From a virus (Duplodnaviria > Caudoviricetes), in IMG/VR virus record IMGVR_UViG_3300030333_004009, positions 1 through 41,159 of that record: a stretch of DNA of 41,159 nt; one strand, written 5' to 3'. A model generated the notes under the pieces. It saw only the letters and a list, made by a program, of their open reading frames with translations, ran no database searches and was not told the DNA's origin. The position numbers and the translations under genes are program-made. Positions 36,426 to 41,159 of this stretch are shown in pieces (position 1 is the first letter of the stretch; each line of letters starts with the position of its first letter).

Positions 36426-36457
36426 CAAAAACAAAGCCCCGCGATTAAGCAGGGCTT
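36426..36457 (-). terminator. Rho-independent terminator of the - strand block
   Basis: On the - strand: AAGCCCTGC-TTAATC-GCGGGGCTT then TGTTTTT; the G:U pair only works on the - strand. Confidence 0.8.
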
Positions 36458-36483
36458 CGTGATGGACCAACGGCGTAATTCTA

Positions 36484-37416
36484 TTACAGATACTCTAGAG
36501 ATACATACAGTCCATATGAAGTTTTTGAACCAATGCTAAGTGGTGACGCTGAGATACCAACGTACCAAGTGTGTCGTAGAGCGACACCAGTACCACCAAA
36601 CGTATTAGTTGTAGCCTTAGTACCCATATCTGGGCAGTCATCAGGTCTGTTACTATTGTCGTAGTATTGCATCCATTTAGGAAGCACGTTGGCTACGTCA
36701 GTATTAACAACATTTAAGAAGTGACCACCACTTCCGGGCGAGTTAAACAGCGGTACAACAACACCAGTACCGCCAACAGTTTCGGTATCACCAGTGACTG
36801 TACCAAGTCTTGAGTCTCCATTGCCATTGCCAGCAGTAGCTTCAGTTTGGGTAAAGTTCATGAATTTAACTCCGGAAGAGTTTTCATAGAAGTCTTGACC
36901 CGCTCTAACTGGACCCGAATCTGGCCAAGGGGCTCCCCACCAGAACATGTCGCCAGAACCATAGAAGTTACTATTGTAGGCAGTGTTATCCTGACCGTTA
37001 GAAGATACCCAAGCAGAGGTTGTTTTACCGTCAAAGTTTACGAGTTCGCAAACCTTAGTAACAACTCCAGAAGCTGGGTAATCTGTATTTTCTCGGTCGT
37101 AGATTCTTAGCTGACAATTCTGTACGTTAACATGTGATGTGTGGTCAAAGTTGATATGAAAAGTTCTCTGACCTGAGTTCAGCTTTGTAATAGGAATACC
37201 AGATCCGCCGCCTTCGTAGACGCCAGTAGCTGGTGTTCCAGCGTATTTTAAGTTTCTAGCTGCTGGGCCTTGAGCGGTTCCAGCTGCGTTGGTAACAAAC
37301 GTCTTGTCTTGAAAAGACCCGATTTGTACCGAAGAACCAAAAGAAGCACCGTAAAAGCCCAACCCTGAGCCTACAATGTTTTCTTGGTTATATGTTCCAA
37401 AAGTAATTTCTGCCAT
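36484..37416 (-). CDS. Hypothetical Gly/Ser/Thr/Asn-rich protein, probably virion structural
   Basis: 310-aa ORF, AAAGGAG RBS, beta-rich composition, own terminator. Confidence 0.75.
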   Translation of the reverse strand: MAEITFGTYNQENIVGSGLGFYGASFGSSVQIGSFQDKTFVTNAAGTAQGPAARNLKYAGTPATGVYEGGGSGIPITKLNSGQRTFHINFDHTSHVNVQNCQLRIYDRENTDYPASGVVTKVCELVNFDGKTTSAWVSSNGQDNTAYNSNFYGSGDMFWWGAPWPDSGPVRAGQDFYENSSGVKFMNFTQTEATAGNGNGDSRLGTVTGDTETVGGTGVVVPLFNSPGSGGHFLNVVNTDVANVLPKWMQYYDNSNRPDDCPDMGTKATTNTFGGTGVALRHTWYVGISASPLSIGSKTSYGLYVSLEYL

Positions 37417-37492
37417 TTTATGATCTCCTTTATGTATCTAGGCACCTGCATAATAACATACACAAAACGGAGCGTAATGTGTTCTTTTTTAT

Positions 37493-37885
37493 CTATTTTC
37501 TACCACATCCACCGCATTTTCCGGGAGTATCCTTATATTCTAACCAATGTCCCAAAGGACAGGCTTCAGAAGCCCATGAAGTCTTTATATCTACAAAACA
37601 TCCACACTCTGAACACCTTCCATCATTATTTTTGTCGCAATTATTACAGATCTCTAATCTGCTTTTCATTACCATATCTGGAGTATTTCTACCCATATTA
37701 GCGACATGTTTTACTGTAGCTTTCGCAAAGTTGGCTGCCTGCTTAATTAACGGAGGCATCTTTGGTTCGTTTTGAATGCCAGAAGCACTCTCGTCTTCTT
37801 GTGTCTTAGAATGGTTATACCCACAAGTAATACATACATCATCAAAAACTTGAGGATCTAAACAACAGTCATATCGTTTTTGCAT
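37493..37885 (-). CDS. Cys-rich protein with DUF6171-like domain
   Basis: RLEICNNC...CSECGCFVDIK...CPLGHW, plus N-terminal CC...CITC and C-terminal CGGC; GAGGT RBS. Confidence 0.78.
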   Translation of the reverse strand: MQKRYDCCLDPQVFDDVCITCGYNHSKTQEDESASGIQNEPKMPPLIKQAANFAKATVKHVANMGRNTPDMVMKSRLEICNNCDKNNDGRCSECGCFVDIKTSWASEACPLGHWLEYKDTPGKCGGCGRK

Positions 37886-37894
37886 ACTTCACCT

Positions 37895-40669
37895 CTATCT
37901 CAATTCTATTCCTATTGAACTAGTATAGTTAGTGCTGATTTGTTCTGGAGCAGCAGTGAACCTAATTAGCTCACAATCGAATCTTTTTGGTCGGGGAACC
38001 GCCTCGTATTGGCAGGAGCTGGTTCTATTTCTTGCAAAGAAAAACCTACTGGATTCCAAGGGCGAACTGTATGAACTATCAAACCATAGATAACCGTCAC
38101 CATTTGGAAGATTGTCAGGATAGCCTGAAGCTCTCCATGTTGTTGTCGGATCTCCTAACATATCAGTCTGCTGGTACATCGCCACTTCCCAACTCGCATC
38201 AGAGGTTTTTAGGTCAGCCGAGGGCCATCCAGACCCTCCTTCTGCTCGATAGTTCCCAGTATAAAGACTTGTGTAAGTACCCACTTGATTTGTGCCGTCG
38301 CAAAAGATATTGTTGTCCTCGGCATATTGTGATCGGCCCCACCGATCCATATATGGATATTTTTCAATAGATGGTGGCACCAGAATATGCTTCACCTCAG
38401 TGCTACAAACAGCCCAATCTGATACCGCTAAATCTATGTCTATACTTGGATCTTGGGCCAGATGACCGGAATCCACACGGCTAAAATGACCACTTCGTCC
38501 TATTGGATATAATCCTCCAAACAAATAAGCGTCATTGTAAGATGGAAGCAGCCCCAAAGCCTGTTCCCACATAAAGGTCGCAGGATCTGAACTCGTTGCT
38601 GAACTCTTTATCGAATTTATACTGCCAAACAGTACACCGGGACGACGCATAGTGTAGTTTCCAAGATGATGCATCGAGCTAAAAGTAACGGGTGTGGGAA
38701 CATGTGCTCCGTTATCGGCAAAATAATCTGGGCCATACTGTAATATTGATGGTCCGTTTACTAGCTTTGTATGTCCGCGCTCTGTCGCCATCCACGTAAA
38801 TCCGGGGTTGCCATAAAGACCGCCATCAAAATTGTACCCGCGACTGAAGTTCGTCTCGAAGTAGGCAAATCTGTGACTAGCATCTTTCGCCGTTTGCGGT
38901 ATGGCTCCTCCAGAAGACGCTCCATTTGTTGGTGTATGATAAATATACGCATGCTTATTGTTCACAGAAGTAATCTCCCTGAGCGAGAGAGGAAATTCCA
39001 AAGATGTAGCGGCCTCGTCAGTATTCTCTACTTCGTATACAGTAATATTAACCCAATTTAACCAGCCATCAACTGTTTCATTATGTATTGTTTTAGGCTG
39101 ACCAAAGGCAACTTCTTGGGCGGCACCTGTCATTGGGTCATATATCTCAATAAAAAACCAATTCAAGAACTTATTGTATGAAGATGGCATCCAGACTCTG
39201 GGCAGCCAATCCTGTGTCGATGGGTCCCATATTGTGAATGCCTCCTCTATAGGCCTTGCTTTAGTAGCACTTGGATCTTTAGTTAGTCGGTCATTTCTCC
39301 TAATGGTACATCTGTCTGCAAAGCTTGGCAATCCTGTTGGGCTATATGTCATACCTGAAAAACACTCAGGGCGCAAATAATCTGAAAAGTTCAAATTCGC
39401 TAGGAGATTACCTTCGTCAGGAGTCGCAAATGAAGCTGCGTGCTGATCTCGGCCACTCCTCCAGTTTTCATTGTAGAGAGTAAAATCATCACCTTCTGGA
39501 TGATAGATAGGAGACATAATTTTATCCAAATACCCTCTTTTTATTTGATCATCTATAACACCTTGAACAGCATCCGTGAAACTACTATAAGTTAGATGTT
39601 CAATATTACTATACATTTTTACTTGCATTTCGAGAATCTGAGTATTCAGACCTGCTGAGGAATGAGCCACCCAGTCCACGCCTTCTATAGAGAAATGGGA
39701 ATTGTCCCCGGTTTTTGCTAAGCAACGCGCCCTCGCTTGCATCTCATTGGGGCCCGGCACATTACTATTTGGGTTTTGTTCTAGTCTTCGCTGTCTTAAT
39801 ATGTCTTCCTCTCGACACCAATCGACGGCTCCGAATCTCGTTTCTTCTTCCGATAAATATGCACGCGGACAAGTGTTCTCATGAAACTTCCACCGAATTT
39901 GTTTATGGACGACCCCAAGAGAAACCGGCACGACTTTCTTTATCATGACAACCTTATGGCCTGTGTTCTTGTTAGTAAATATTTTAGATTGGGGATAGCT
40001 CCAATTCGGTGATTGCGCTTGGTTTTGCGGGTGCAAACTTCTCCTCGCTGCGTCGTGATCAGGGCTAAAATTAACATACTCTCCAGTCTTAACAAACTCT
40101 TCAGGTACATTTTGAGGTGTAGCATCAACACCCTTAATAATTATCTGAGTCATATTTGGATGTAGCGCAAACCTACTCTCTTGAGGCTGGTTGTCGAGGC
40201 CCTCGATTGCATCTGGAAGTACTATATGTACATCTTTTAAATCATAAGGACTAGTTGCATCAGGGAGAGTTTCGACTACTTCAACTTCTATATCGTCTCC
40301 ACAAAATATTTTGAAAGAGTATTCTTCCCTAAAGCCCCATATCGTATAGTATGGAACGCTAATGATATCCCCACCTTCTCGCGGCGCGTTAAAAACATTG
40401 GGACATTGACCACGGGGAGGTCCGGATATATCTTTGAAATGAGTTTGGCTTGTTAGCACAACTTTCGTATTATTTGAAGCTATAAAATTGAATGAGTTAA
40501 GCGCTGGTATATTTTCAGTTTGATTATTGATATTGACAGTCATCATATCAAACTTATCTCTAAGCAACCCAAAAGCCTCGTTGCAGCATGATGTAGTGCA
40601 GGTATCGCAAACGCCTTTTATGTCTGATATATTTACACCAGTGCTGATACTTATTTTTTCTTCTGGCAT
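37895..40669 (-). CDS. Large hypothetical protein (924 aa), probably virion-associated
   Basis: Long uninterrupted ORF; N-terminal CDTCTTSCC; aromatic/Ser/Thr/Gly-rich; no motif I recognise. Confidence 0.75.
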   Translation of the reverse strand: MPEEKISISTGVNISDIKGVCDTCTTSCCNEAFGLLRDKFDMMTVNINNQTENIPALNSFNFIASNNTKVVLTSQTHFKDISGPPRGQCPNVFNAPREGGDIISVPYYTIWGFREEYSFKIFCGDDIEVEVVETLPDATSPYDLKDVHIVLPDAIEGLDNQPQESRFALHPNMTQIIIKGVDATPQNVPEEFVKTGEYVNFSPDHDAARRSLHPQNQAQSPNWSYPQSKIFTNKNTGHKVVMIKKVVPVSLGVVHKQIRWKFHENTCPRAYLSEEETRFGAVDWCREEDILRQRRLEQNPNSNVPGPNEMQARARCLAKTGDNSHFSIEGVDWVAHSSAGLNTQILEMQVKMYSNIEHLTYSSFTDAVQGVIDDQIKRGYLDKIMSPIYHPEGDDFTLYNENWRSGRDQHAASFATPDEGNLLANLNFSDYLRPECFSGMTYSPTGLPSFADRCTIRRNDRLTKDPSATKARPIEEAFTIWDPSTQDWLPRVWMPSSYNKFLNWFFIEIYDPMTGAAQEVAFGQPKTIHNETVDGWLNWVNITVYEVENTDEAATSLEFPLSLREITSVNNKHAYIYHTPTNGASSGGAIPQTAKDASHRFAYFETNFSRGYNFDGGLYGNPGFTWMATERGHTKLVNGPSILQYGPDYFADNGAHVPTPVTFSSMHHLGNYTMRRPGVLFGSINSIKSSATSSDPATFMWEQALGLLPSYNDAYLFGGLYPIGRSGHFSRVDSGHLAQDPSIDIDLAVSDWAVCSTEVKHILVPPSIEKYPYMDRWGRSQYAEDNNIFCDGTNQVGTYTSLYTGNYRAEGGSGWPSADLKTSDASWEVAMYQQTDMLGDPTTTWRASGYPDNLPNGDGYLWFDSSYSSPLESSRFFFARNRTSSCQYEAVPRPKRFDCELIRFTAAPEQISTNYTSSIGIELR

Positions 40670-41159
40670 TATACGTTATCCTTTGGGTTTAAAATTTCAC
40701 ACTTATCTACTGGGAAAAGCTGTGCCCATGCAGACCCCCCTGCGGGAACATGGAAGAACCCAGCTTGTGGCATCTCTTTGTAAAAATTAATGTAAGATTT
40801 TCTTTCTCCTTCGTAAGATTCTGGAAGCAGGTTTTGTGTTCCAGTCCATAAGTCTTCAACCTTAGTACCCCATCCATAGTCTTCAGACCTAGAAAATTCT
40901 AATATATGCTTAGCTCCATTAGTCAAAGAAATTCTATCCAAAACTTGGTCTTGATTAGCATTAGAATCAATCTCCTCTTCAGTAGAAATACTTGCTACCT
41001 TAAGTATTATACCCTTTAACACTGGATAAAGCTTACCTTCATATTCAGCATAGGCAAAATATCTGTAATCTAAAACATCTGGTAATTTACTATAGGGAGA
41101 TCTTACTCCATATAATCCTTCTGGATAAGGGTTTTGAGCCTGAGCAGTAATTGACCACA
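40669..41159 (-). CDS. 3' end of a hypothetical protein (partial; extends beyond the window)
   Basis: The frame of ORF 40669..41022 stays open to the window edge (...WSITAQAQNPYPEGLYGVRSPYSKLPDVLDYRYFAYAEYEGKLYPVLKG...); TAATG coupling to the 924-aa gene. Confidence 0.75.
   Translation of the reverse strand, partial: WSITAQAQNPYPEGLYGVRSPYSKLPDVLDYRYFAYAEYEGKLYPVLKGIILKVASISTEEEIDSNANQDQVLDRISLTNGAKHILEFSRSEDYGWGTKVEDLWTGTQNLLPESYEGERKSYINFYKEMPQAGFFHVPAGGSAWAQLFPVDKCEILNPKDNV

Noticed and set aside
37417-37492. Possible late promoter (GTGTATGTTATTA on - strand) upstream of the 310-aa gene
   Set aside because: Single occurrence with no second copy in the window to define a consensus; only the AAAGGAG RBS is supportable.
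232-40790. Numerous short antisense or nested ORFs in the track (e.g. 1864..2133, 7138..7485, 30515..30916, 37987..38370)
   Set aside because: They lie within or opposite well-supported genes and show no recognisable motifs; likely shadow ORFs.
1-41159. Stop-codon reassignment (alternative genetic code)
   Set aside because: Standard-code ORFs tile the window densely, and TAA, TAG and TGA all end genes at natural boundaries.

Overview
The window looks like a segment of a large, AT-rich dsDNA bacteriophage genome rather than a cellular chromosome. Genes are tightly packed with ATGA/TAATG overlaps, and I see no rRNA, tRNA, ribosomal-protein, integrase or CRISPR features. Bases 1-36365 are almost entirely + strand, in four blocks. 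(i) The end of a probable virion protein, a Tat-signal DUF1501 gene (a family typical of Planctomycetota, hinting at the host) and phoH. (ii) A recombination/replication module: RecA/UvsX-like, Vsr-like nuclease, UvsY-like, dUTPase, DnaB, primase, dNMP kinase, Cas4/RecB-like nuclease, a DNA polymerase III alpha split into two genes without an intein and with a DEDDh exonuclease between the halves, SSB and a sigma-like factor. (iii) A contiguous ~16.6 kb, 19-gene glycan locus: GT4 x3, GT2-like x2, CgeB-like, GT32, GT47-like x2, GT10, GT25, GT34-like, nucleotidyltransferase, FkbM methyltransferase, an Fcl/ColC-like reductase, a His-type ColD-like dehydratase and three degenerate enzyme-like genes. 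(iv) A NUMOD3/Vsr-type endonuclease, a possible ssDNA-annealing protein and a zinc-ribbon protein. Back-to-back intrinsic terminators at ~36.4 kb separate this from a convergent - strand block of probable structural genes. All family calls come from motif recognition by eye; no database search was run.
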